Positions 18,555 through 28,000 of a DNA stretch of 64,000 bases are shown here, one piece after another; the stretch's first letter is position 1; each line of letters begins with the position of its first letter. This DNA comes from an uncultured delta proteobacterium (GTDB lineage: Bacteria; Myxococcota; UBA727; VGSZ01): positions 512,001-576,000 of the forward strand of contig CAVZJB010000005.1 in NCBI GenBank assembly GCA_963775425.1, given 5' to 3'. The notes under the pieces are model-generated. The model ran no database searches. It saw only the letters and a list, made by a program, of their open reading frames with translations, and was not told the origin of the DNA. The position numbers and the translations under genes are program-made.

Positions 18555-20105
18555 TCAGGGCTTCGCGGCGTCGGGGTGCATCATGGTCGCGTCGAACACG
18601 CCGCGGTCTGGGGGCGGCGCTTCGGGCGGCGGGTGGAAGTCGAGGGCGCAGCCGAGCCGGCGCGCCTTGTCGACGTCCATCATGACGACGTGCGGCTGCT
18701 TCCACGTCGGGTACAGGGACAGGTTCACCTCGCGGCTGCCGAACACGCGCTGAAACAAGAACGGGTCGCCGCCGTGCCACTTCCACGGGTGCTGAAGCTC
18801 GGTGGTGAGGGCGATGACGGAGCGCGTCTCGGCCGTCGGCGCCGCCACCACGTTCGGGCGCGCCTTGCCGTCGAGGCCGCGCAGCGCCTCCCGCACGGCC
18901 GGCGACACGAGGAAGGTCTCGTCGGGGCGGCGGTCGAGATACGAGGCAATCTCCTCGACCGGCGCGCTGGACTTGTTGGCCGCGACCGTCTGCGCGGCGA
19001 AGGCCAGGTAGCCCGCGTCGACGACGACGACGATGACGAGAGGAGCGGCGAGCACGCGAAACCGCCCCGCCGCCGCCGCCGCCGCGCACGCCAGGAGCGG
19101 CACGAGCGGCAGGAAGTTGCGCACGATGAAGGTCGGCTGAACGAGGAACAGCCCGAGCAGCGCCGCGGCGAGCACGAGCGGCGCCGCGCGCGCCGGCGCC
19201 GCCCGCACCGCGGGGACCGCCAGCGCGAGGCCGGCCAGCGCACACGCGAGCACCACCAGGGATCCGACGACGAACGGCGAAGCCGCGCAGCAGGCGAACC
19301 AACGCACGAGGTGGAACACCATGTCGAAGAACCCGTCGACGCCGTAGCCGGCGGCGCCACCGCCATAGATGCGCGATTGGTAGCGGAGCGCGGCGACGAC
19401 GAGCTGCGGCTCGACGACGGCGCCGGGCGTGACGACGACGAACGCCGCCAGGCACGCGCCGCCGGCGATCAGCAGCCGCTTGAAGCGCGGCGCCATGAGG
19501 AGCGCCGCCAGCGCGACGGAGAGCGCGACGAGCCCCAGGGTGTACTTGGTGGACGCCGCCATGCCGCCGAAGATCGCGGCGACGACGAGATCGCGCGTGC
19601 GCCCCTCGGGCCGGGCGGCGAACGCCAGCGACGTCGTCAACAGGAGCGTGCCGAGGGCGTCCGGCGCGATGTAGCGGGCGTGCGTCGCGAATTCGAACGA
19701 CGTGCCGGCGAGCGCCGCGGCGAGCGCCGCCACCAGCGGCCGGCTGCCGAGCGCGCGCGCGAGCGCCGCGGTGGCCACGGGCGTGAAGGCGGTGACGACG
19801 ATGAGCACCGCGCGGATCTCGAGGAAGAAGCGGTGGTACTCGGGGCGCGACGTGAGCCCCAACAGGAACGGCGACGCCGTGGCCGCGATGACGTCGAAGA
19901 TCGCCATCGGGTAGCCGTAGGTGCGCGGGAGCGGCACGTGGTTTTCCACGGCCCACATGAAGGTCCACACGTTGGTGGGCTCGTCCCAGTTCCCGCCGCC
20001 GATATCGAGGCCGACGAGCCCCGTCACGGCGAGCCAGGCGACCACCGCCGCGACCGCGACGCGCGCGAGCGACGCCTCGCGCCGTTGCCAATCGCCGGAG
20101 AGCAC
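18555..20105 (-). CDS. GT-C (ArnT/PMT, GT39/GT83-like) membrane glycosyltransferase
   Basis: NWDEP loop after first TM, YGYP, ARYIAPDAL, GMAASTKY motifs, multiple TMs; start estimated at GTG 20105. Confidence 0.7.
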   Translation of the reverse strand: MLSGDWQRREASLARVAVAAVVAWLAVTGLVGLDIGGGNWDEPTNVWTFMWAVENHVPLPRTYGYPMAIFDVIAATASPFLLGLTSRPEYHRFFLEIRAVLIVVTAFTPVATAALARALGSRPLVAALAAALAGTSFEFATHARYIAPDALGTLLLTTSLAFAARPEGRTRDLVVAAIFGGMAASTKYTLGLVALSVALAALLMAPRFKRLLIAGGACLAAFVVVTPGAVVEPQLVVAALRYQSRIYGGGAAGYGVDGFFDMVFHLVRWFACCAASPFVVGSLVVLACALAGLALAVPAVRAAPARAAPLVLAAALLGLFLVQPTFIVRNFLPLVPLLACAAAAAAGRFRVLAAPLVIVVVVDAGYLAFAAQTVAANKSSAPVEEIASYLDRRPDETFLVSPAVREALRGLDGKARPNVVAAPTAETRSVIALTTELQHPWKWHGGDPFLFQRVFGSREVNLSLYPTWKQPHVVMMDVDKARRLGCALDFHPPPEAPPPDRGVFDATMMHPDAAKP

Positions 20106-20184
20106 GTCCCCGAGGATGCCCGCCCGGGCGTCGGAAAACAAACCACGTTGTCGCGCCCGAGGCCGCCGCAGTAGGCTGGCCGCA

Positions 20185-21627
20185 ATGACCGACGTCTCCG
20201 ACGAGTGGACGGCGCTTCTCAAGGCCATCCCCTTCCTCTCCGCGCTCCCGGAAAAGACCCTGAAGGACAGGGTCATCCTCGGAAAGATCCCGCAGGCCGA
20301 GGTGCCCGCCTCCCTCGTCGAGGTAGGCGACGGCGAGCTGGTGATCCGCGAGGGGGACTTCGGCGACACCTTCTACGTCATCGTCAACGGCACCTTCGTC
20401 GTCGAGGTGTGGAACGACGACGGCGTCGCCGTCGAGGTCACGCGCATCGGCCGCGGCTCCTACTTCGGTGAGCTCGCCATGATCGGCCGCGGCATGCGCG
20501 CGGCGTCGGTGAAGGCGGTCGGCGCGGGCGCGCAGGTGCTCGAGATCTACAAGGGCCCGTTCGACCGCATCATCAAGGACGACAAGACCAACTCGGTGAA
20601 GAACGCGCTCGAGGCCATCTACGCGCGGCGCACCATCGAGAAGTTCGTGCGTGACAACGAGTACCTGCGCGAGCTGTCCGAGGTCGACAAGAAGCTGATC
20701 GTCGACACCGGCAAGCTTCACCGCGTGGAGGCCTTCCACGACGTGTACAAGGCCGGTGATCCGCCCAAGAGCTTCTACCTCGTGCGCCAGGGCTTCCTGA
20801 AGGTGTGGCGCATGGAGGGCGAGGTGGAGAGCATCCTCGCCTACCTGCGCGACAAGGACTTCTTCGGCGACCTCGAGCTCGTCGAGGGGCGCCAGCGCAC
20901 GGCCACGGTGACGTCGATGGAGCCGGTTGAGCTCGTGGAGCTGCCGCGCTCGGTGTTCGCCGGCATCTACCAGCGCTACCCCGACCTCATCAAATCGTTC
21001 CGCCGCTACGAGCTCGACCGCCGCGCCGAGCTGCCGCAGTTGTCGAGCAAGACCGGCATGATGTTCGTCAAGGACCTCATCGAGTCCGGCATGGGCCAGG
21101 CGCGCTCGGCGCTCATCATCAACATGGACCTGTGCACCCGCTGCGGCAATTGCGTGCAGGCGTGCAGCGACCTCCACGACGGGTACTCGCGGCTCATCCG
21201 CCGCGGCAAGAAGCTCACCCACCGTGACGACGGCGGCGGCCTCGAGAACCTCTTCTTCCCGAACTCCTGCGTGCATTGCCGCACGCCCGACTGCATGGCC
21301 GGCTGCCCCGTCGGCTCCATCGCGCGCGACAAGGACGGCGAGGTCTACATCAAGGACTTCTGCGTCGGCTGCGGCGCGTGCGCCAAGGGCTGCGAGTTCG
21401 GCAACATCTCGATGGTGGTCGCCAAGAACGCCGACGGCACCGAGAAGAAGATGGCCGGCAGCAACAAGGTCGTGCGCAAGGCCTCCAAGTGCGACATCTG
21501 CAAGGGCTACGAGCAAGCCAACTGCGTCTACAACTGCCCGCAGGGCGCCATCATCCGCATCGACCCCAACGAGTACTTCGAGGAGCTCCACCGCACGGTG
21601 GACATCGTCTCGATGGCGCAGGGCTGA
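20185..21627 (+). CDS. Tandem cNMP-binding domains fused to a DmsB/NrfC-like 4x[4Fe-4S] ferredoxin
   Basis: ATG 20185; FGELAMIGRGMRAASV and FFGDLELVEGRQRTATV cassettes; CTRCGNCVQAC, CVHCRTPDCMAGCP, CVGCGACAKGC, KCDIC...NCVYNCP; no signal peptide. Confidence 0.9.
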   Translation: MTDVSDEWTALLKAIPFLSALPEKTLKDRVILGKIPQAEVPASLVEVGDGELVIREGDFGDTFYVIVNGTFVVEVWNDDGVAVEVTRIGRGSYFGELAMIGRGMRAASVKAVGAGAQVLEIYKGPFDRIIKDDKTNSVKNALEAIYARRTIEKFVRDNEYLRELSEVDKKLIVDTGKLHRVEAFHDVYKAGDPPKSFYLVRQGFLKVWRMEGEVESILAYLRDKDFFGDLELVEGRQRTATVTSMEPVELVELPRSVFAGIYQRYPDLIKSFRRYELDRRAELPQLSSKTGMMFVKDLIESGMGQARSALIINMDLCTRCGNCVQACSDLHDGYSRLIRRGKKLTHRDDGGGLENLFFPNSCVHCRTPDCMAGCPVGSIARDKDGEVYIKDFCVGCGACAKGCEFGNISMVVAKNADGTEKKMAGSNKVVRKASKCDICKGYEQANCVYNCPQGAIIRIDPNEYFEELHRTVDIVSMAQG

Positions 21628-21677
21628 GGCCCGGCTGCCGGCGACCTCACGCCGGCGCTCCGCGGTAGCATCGGCGC

Positions 21678-23990
21678 ATGCGCGCCCCCGCCCTCTTCGT
21701 CATCGCCGCCGCGTTGGGCTCCCTCGCGGGCGGCTGCTCCTCGTGCGGCGCGCCCGCGGCGTCGGACGCCGGCCCGGGCGGCGGCGAGGGCGAAGGGGAA
21801 GGCGAAGGCGAAGGAGAGGGCGACGTCGACGCCGGGACCCCCGACGCCGGGCCGCAAGACGCGGGCCCGCCCAATCCGAACGCCGTGGGCCTCGACGCGC
21901 GCCCGTCGAACCCCACGTGCCTCGCGCAGGACCGGCCGCCCACGGGGAGCACCGTCGACTTCGAGGAGCCCTGGCCCGAGCTGAACGTCGTCTCGCCGGT
22001 CTTCATGCTCCAGGAGCCCGGCACCACGACGATGTACGTCGTGCAGCGCGGCGGGAAGGTGGTGCGCTTCGACAAGGCCGACGCCGCCGTCACAAACCCC
22101 GAGGTCTTCGCGGACATCACGGCGAACGTGCAGGCCAACGACGTCGGCAACGACGAGCGCGGTCTCCTGGGCATGGCCTTCCATCCGGACTGGCCGCAGG
22201 TGCAGGAGGTCTTTTTGAGCTACACCGGCTTCGGCGCCGGCGGCGCCCTCGTGGACCGCGTGTCGCGCTTCACGCTCGCGGCCGACGGCACCGTCGACGT
22301 CGGCAGCGAGCAGATCCTCCTCGACACCGCCGACTTCGCCGGCAACCACAACGGCGGGATGATCGCGTTTTCGCCCACGGACGCCTGCCGCGGCTGCCTG
22401 TACTACGGCGACGGCGACGGCGGGCAGGCCGACGACCCGCACCAAAACGGCCAGTCCGGGCAGACGCACCTCGCCAAGATCCTGCGCATCGACATCGACA
22501 GGACCGACCCGGGCCTCCCCTACGCCATCCCGCCGGACAACCCGTTCGTCGACGACGCCGACTTCCTCCCCGAGATCTACGCGTACGGGGTGCGCAACCC
22601 GTGGCGCTGGAGCTTCGACCGCGACAGCGGCGACCTCTGGGTCGGCGACGTCGGGCAGGGCGCCGTGGAGGAGGTCGACAAGATCCTCGCCGGCGGCAAC
22701 TACGGCTGGGACATCCTCGAGGGCGACCAGTGCCACGAGCAGACGTCGGGGAGCTGCAATCAGGGCGGCTTCGAGGCGCCCATCACCACGTACACCCACG
22801 CCGGCGGCCGCAACGCGATCGTCGGCGGCTACGTCTACCGGGGCAGCGCCATGCCCGCGCTCGTGGGCACGTATTTGTTCGCGGACTTCGGCACCGGTGA
22901 GATCTTCGCGCTGTTCTTCGACACCCAGGGCAACGCGGCGCCGCAGCGCGTGGGCGACTCGCCGAACAACATCGCGAGCTTCGCCGAGGACGCCGACGGC
23001 GAGCTCTACGTCCTCGACCACGCCACCGGCATCGTTCGCAAGCTCGTAGCTGCGGGCCCGCAGCCGCCGGACAACTTCCCGCGTCTGCTGTCGCAGACCG
23101 GGTGCGTCGACCCGGCCGACCCGGCGGCGCCGGCGGGCGGGCTCATCCCGTACGGGGTCAACCATGTCCTGTGGTCCGACGGCGCCGTGAAGGAGCGCTT
23201 CATGGGCCTGCCCGACGGGCTGAAGGCCACCATCCTCGACGACGGCGACATCGACTTCCCCGTGGGCACGGTCCTGATGAAGACCTTCAAGGTCGGCGGC
23301 GTGCGCGTGGAGACGCGGCTGTTGATGCACCACGACGACGGCGACTGGGGCGGCTACACCTACGAGTGGAACGACGCCGGCACCGACGCCACCCTGCTGC
23401 CGCCGGCAGGCAAGATCAAGGCGCTGCCAAACGGCCAGCTCTGGACGTACCCGTCGCGCAACGGCTGCCTCGCCTGCCACACCGCCGCCGCGCACCGCGC
23501 GCTCGGTCCCGAGGTGGCGCAGCTCAACGGCGGCTTCGTCTATCCCGACGGCCGCTTCGCGAACCAGCTCCATACCCTCGACGCCATCGGCGTGCTCGAC
23601 GCGCCGCTGCCGGGCGCCCTGGCGGACCTGCCGGCGTTCCCGCCCGTCGACGACGCCGCGGCGTCGCCCGAGGCCGTGGCGCGGGCGTACCTGCACGTGA
23701 ACTGCTCCATCTGCCATCGCCCGGGCGGCATCGGCGTCGCCGACACGGACTGGCGCTTCACCACGGCGTTTCAGGACATGGCCTTGTGCAACGCCGAGCC
23801 CACCGAGGGTGACCTCGGCGTCGCCGGCGCCAAGCGCCTCGTCCCCGGAGACCCCGCGCGCTCCCTCATCTCGCTGCGCATGAAGCGTTTGGGCGCCGGC
23901 CGCATGCCGCTCCTCGGCAGCGTCGTCGTGGACCCCCAGGGCACCGCGGCCATCGACCGTTGGATCACGTCGCTGTCGTCATGTCCCTGA
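21678..23990 (+). CDS. PQQ-dependent glucose/sorbosone dehydrogenase lipoprotein fused to a diheme c domain (SO2930/HNE_0200-like)
   Basis: Lipobox LAGGC, (GE)n linker, ERGLLGMAFHP, NHNGG, YAYGVRNPWRWSFD, DVGQGAVEEV; C-terminal LWSDGAVKERF, FPVGTVLMKTF, ETRLL, CLACH, CSICH. Confidence 0.85.
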   Translation: MRAPALFVIAAALGSLAGGCSSCGAPAASDAGPGGGEGEGEGEGEGEGDVDAGTPDAGPQDAGPPNPNAVGLDARPSNPTCLAQDRPPTGSTVDFEEPWPELNVVSPVFMLQEPGTTTMYVVQRGGKVVRFDKADAAVTNPEVFADITANVQANDVGNDERGLLGMAFHPDWPQVQEVFLSYTGFGAGGALVDRVSRFTLAADGTVDVGSEQILLDTADFAGNHNGGMIAFSPTDACRGCLYYGDGDGGQADDPHQNGQSGQTHLAKILRIDIDRTDPGLPYAIPPDNPFVDDADFLPEIYAYGVRNPWRWSFDRDSGDLWVGDVGQGAVEEVDKILAGGNYGWDILEGDQCHEQTSGSCNQGGFEAPITTYTHAGGRNAIVGGYVYRGSAMPALVGTYLFADFGTGEIFALFFDTQGNAAPQRVGDSPNNIASFAEDADGELYVLDHATGIVRKLVAAGPQPPDNFPRLLSQTGCVDPADPAAPAGGLIPYGVNHVLWSDGAVKERFMGLPDGLKATILDDGDIDFPVGTVLMKTFKVGGVRVETRLLMHHDDGDWGGYTYEWNDAGTDATLLPPAGKIKALPNGQLWTYPSRNGCLACHTAAAHRALGPEVAQLNGGFVYPDGRFANQLHTLDAIGVLDAPLPGALADLPAFPPVDDAAASPEAVARAYLHVNCSICHRPGGIGVADTDWRFTTAFQDMALCNAEPTEGDLGVAGAKRLVPGDPARSLISLRMKRLGAGRMPLLGSVVVDPQGTAAIDRWITSLSSCP

Positions 23991-24158
23991 GCGCCGTGAA
24001 GCGGGCAGGCGCGGTCGCGTTCGCCCCGGCGCTCGCGGCGGCCCTTGGGGCGCGAGGCGGCCCGGGGCGCGCCGGCGCCGGTGCCGTCGTCCCACATCGA
24101 CGTTCCTTCGGGCGGCAGGGTCGACTTCGAGGGGGAGATCAGGGATAACGGGCCCCCG

Positions 24159-25085
24159 ATGGCAAGCACGACAGCACCCGCCCCTGCCGCGCCGCTGAAG
24201 CCGAAGAGCAGCAAGAAGCTCTCCGACAAGACACTCAAGGAGCGCGCGTTCCGCTGGGACAAGCTCGCCGCGTGGCTCGCGGCGTTCTTCGCCCTGGCCG
24301 CCGTCTGCGGCCTGTGGGCGCTCTCCAAGTACGTCCTCGACGCGCCGTCGCGGGGCGGGCGCGGCACCGGCGGCGACACCATCGTCGGCTACACCCTCGC
24401 GGGCATCACCCTCATCCTCTACGGCGTCGTCGCCGCGTACTCGTGGCGCCACAAGCGGCGCCGGCAGAAGCGCGCGATGACCCGGGTCTGGATGGAGGTG
24501 CACCTGGCGTTCGGCATGGTCGCCGGCGTCACGGCCATCCTCCACTCGGGCCCCAAGCTCGGGGCGCCCATCCACGGCGCGTTCCTCATCGCCTGGGAGC
24601 TCCTCATCCTCACGGGCATCGTCGGCAAGCTCATCAGCGTCTACGTGCCGCGCCGGCTCACGCGCATCGAGGACGAGGCCCTGCTGGTGGAGGACGTGGC
24701 CGAGCGCCAGAAGGCCATGCGCCTCGAGATCGAGCAGCTCCTCACGGACTGCGACGACAAGCTGGTGCACATCGTCAACGACGTCATCCCCAAGAAGATC
24801 AAGGCGCCCGACTGGTACGGCAAGCGCCGCATGAAGCGCCACGACGTCGTGGAGAGCGTCTACAAGGCCATCGACGGCGAGGGCATGCTCGCCCGCGGCG
24901 AGGTCCCCGCCGACAAGAAGGACTGGCTCAAGCGCATGATCACGTGCCTGGTCGAGGAGGAGTTCCTCGATCGCATGCTCACCTACCACTACGTGCTGCG
25001 CGCGTGGGTGCCCGTCCACGTGGCGCTCACCACGCTGTGCTTCCCCTGGCTCATCTTCCACGTCGTCAGCGTGTTCTTGATCTAG
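24159..25085 (+). CDS. Inner-membrane protein, probable diheme cytochrome b (ferric-reductase-like TM domain)
   Basis: About 5 TM helices; two H-X13-H pairs inside helices (HLAFGMVAGVTAILH, HVALTTLCFPWLIFH). Confidence 0.7.
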   Translation: MASTTAPAPAAPLKPKSSKKLSDKTLKERAFRWDKLAAWLAAFFALAAVCGLWALSKYVLDAPSRGGRGTGGDTIVGYTLAGITLILYGVVAAYSWRHKRRRQKRAMTRVWMEVHLAFGMVAGVTAILHSGPKLGAPIHGAFLIAWELLILTGIVGKLISVYVPRRLTRIEDEALLVEDVAERQKAMRLEIEQLLTDCDDKLVHIVNDVIPKKIKAPDWYGKRRMKRHDVVESVYKAIDGEGMLARGEVPADKKDWLKRMITCLVEEEFLDRMLTYHYVLRAWVPVHVALTTLCFPWLIFHVVSVFLI

Positions 25086-25095
25086 AGGTCCACCG

Positions 25096-28000
25096 ATGTT
25101 CTGCCTGAAGGTCGTCGACGGACTGTCTGCCGGTATCGAGATCCTGCTCAAGCAGGGAGGCACCACCACCGTCGGCCGCGCCGAGGACGCCGACGGTCAG
25201 ATCGAAGACGGCCTGTGCTCCGGCAAGCACTTCGAGATCGAGTGGACGGCGGCGGGGATGATCATCAAGGACCTCGGGTCCTTGAACGGCGTCTTCGTCA
25301 ACGGCGAGCGCGTCCGCGAAAACCGCCAGGTCAAGCGCGGCGACTTCATCCAGGCCGGGACCACGCTGATGGAGATCGCCGTCAGCTCGGGCAACGTCGA
25401 GGTCAAGGTCAGCGAGCGCGAGCCGGCCATCAGCGGCAAGGCCACGATGATGATGGACGCGGCGGCGGTGCAGGACGCCATCGCGCGCACCCGCGCCCAG
25501 GCGCGCGTGAAGGCCAAGGAGCTCAACCGCACCGTCATCAAGACGCAGATGATGACCAAGGCCGAGATCGCCAAGCTGATGACCGATCAGCCGGTGAGCA
25601 AGGCCAAGACCATGGTCCTGCAGGCGCTCCCGCCGGAGATCCTCGCGGGCACCAACAACGCCGGCCTGGCCATCCTGCAGAAGCTCCTCGCCGACGTCAC
25701 GCCCGACAACCCCACCGTGTGCGTGGTCAAGAAGGGCGCGTCCATCACGCCCTACGCCAAGAGCGTCATCACGCTCGGCCGTGACGCGCGCAACGACATC
25801 CCGCTCATCAGCGACGACGTCTCCGGCAGCCACGCCCGCATCGTGAAGGAGCCGTCGGGGCGCTTCGAGGTCATCGACGAGGGCTCCACCAACGGCACCT
25901 TCGTCAACGGCAAGCGCGTCGTGCGCCAGTACCTGCAAAACGGCGACACCATCCAGCTCGGCCAGTGGACCGGGCCCGTGGCGCTCTCTGCCGGGCGCAT
26001 GGCCATGGAGCTCAACCGCGAGGGCGTCTCCGTCAAGGACGACAAGGGCGTCATCAAGGTCCTCAAGGTCGGCGACGAGGGCGCCAAGGAGTGGGACCCG
26101 CTTCTGCGTGAAGCCGTGCGCGCGCCGATGCTCGTCAAGAGCGACCGTGGCGAGAAGTTCAAGAAGAAGAAGAAGGGCAAGAGCGCCGACGACATCGCGT
26201 TCCGCGCCACCGGTGACGTCCAGCGCGGGGCGATGAAGAGCCGGCTCGCGTGGGCCGGCGTCCTGACGTCGCCGATCGTCATCGCGCTGTTCTTCGGCGG
26301 CTACTTCGTCGTCTCGCTGCTGCACAAGGGCTCCACCTTCGATGCGCTCTCCCCGGGCGCCATCACCAACGCGCACGCGAGCGAGACGTTCATCGCCAAG
26401 GCCAAGGAGGCGGCGTCGGCGGAGAACAAGTTCGGCGGTCACACCACCTGCTTCGCGTGCCACCCCGGGCTCAACCGCGAGGTGACGGACACCGCCTGCT
26501 CGAGCTGCCACTCCCAGGTACCGACGTCGACGCACACCGAGGTGGGGCTCACCTGCTTCGACTGTCACGGCGAGCACAACGGCCGCAACTTCTCGCCGAC
26601 GGCGCAGGCGCGGCTCGGCTGCGTCGGCTGCCACCAGGGCGACCCGCACGCGCGCCTCTTCGACAAGGGCGAGGGGAAGAAGGCGCGGGCCAAGGCGCCG
26701 GTGATCACGCAGGCGCAGCTCAACATCGACAAGGCCGAGGTGCACGAGAAGCACTTCAACATCGAGGGGCGCTGCGTCGCGTGCCACGCCGTCGCCGAGG
26801 GTGCGACGGCGCTGACCAGCCCGGAGGAGATCGCCAAGCAAGCGCGCAAGTCGTGCGGCATCTGCCACGCCGCCACCGACCCGCAGCCCGACGAGTGCGT
26901 GCGTTGCCACGTGCAGCACCCGAAGGACGCCGCGCTCGTCGAGTTCCTGAAGGCGCAGCCCACCAACGAAGACGACATCAAGCAGGCGCGCATCGATCCC
27001 GGCACCGTGCCCATCTTCCTCGCGCTCGCCTTCGGCATGACGCTGCCGCTCGTGCTCGCGGCGGTGGTCAAGCCGAAGCCGAAGCAGAAGAAGGAGCAGG
27101 TCGTCGAGGAGAAGGCGGGCGCCAAGCCTGCGGGCGCTCCCGCCGGCGCCGCGCCGCCTCCGCCCGGCCCGCCGGGCGCGCCGCCGCCCCCTCCCGGGGC
27201 GCGGGCTCCGGGGCCACCTCCCCCGCCACCGGGCGGGGCGCCGCCGCCTCCGCCGCCGGGCGGGGCGCCGCCGCCGCCGCCGCCACCGGGCGGGCGCGCG
27301 GCGCCGCCGCCGCCTCCGCCGCCGGGCGGCATGGCGCCGCCTCCGCCGCCTCCGCCGGGGGGCGCGCCGCCGCCGCCGCCTCCGCCGCCGGGGGGCCGCG
27401 TCGCGCCGCCGCCTCCGCCGCCGCCCGGCGGGGTCCCCGCGCCGCCGCCGCCGCCCGGTGGCGTGCCGCCTCCGCCTCCGCCCCCGGGAGGGATGGCGCC
27501 GCCTCCGCCTCCGCCGCCGGGCGGTGTGCCGCCTCCGCCCCCTCGTGCCGCGCCGCCGCCTCCCCCGGGAGTCCCGCCGCCGCCGCCGCCCCCCGGAGGC
27601 CCGCCGCCGCCGCCGCCCGCCGCGGCCCGGCCAGCGCCCGCGGCGCCGCCGCCTCCGCCCCCGCCCGCCGCGGTGGCGCCTCCGCCGCCTCCTGCGGCGC
27701 GGCCGGCGCCGCCGCCGCCACCCCCTCCCGCCGCGCGGCCAGCGCCGCCTCCGCCGCCTCCCGCGGCGCGGCCGGCGCCTCCACCGCCGCCGCCGGCAGC
27801 CGCACCTCCGCCGCCGGCGCCCCGGCCGGTGGCGCCGGCGCCGGTGCCCGCGCCTCCTCCGCCGGCTCCGGTGGTGCGCGCGGGGACCAAGGCCGCGATG
27901 CAGATCCCGGCACAGCCCGCCCCGGTGCCGGCGCAGCCCGCGGTGCGCGCGGGGACCAAGGCCGCGATGCAGATCCCCGACCCGCGCCAGGCGCCACAGC

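Noticed and set aside
27150-27870. Formin/WASP-like actin nucleator
   Set aside because: Polyproline resembles FH1, but there is no FH2 or WH2 domain; low-complexity similarity only.
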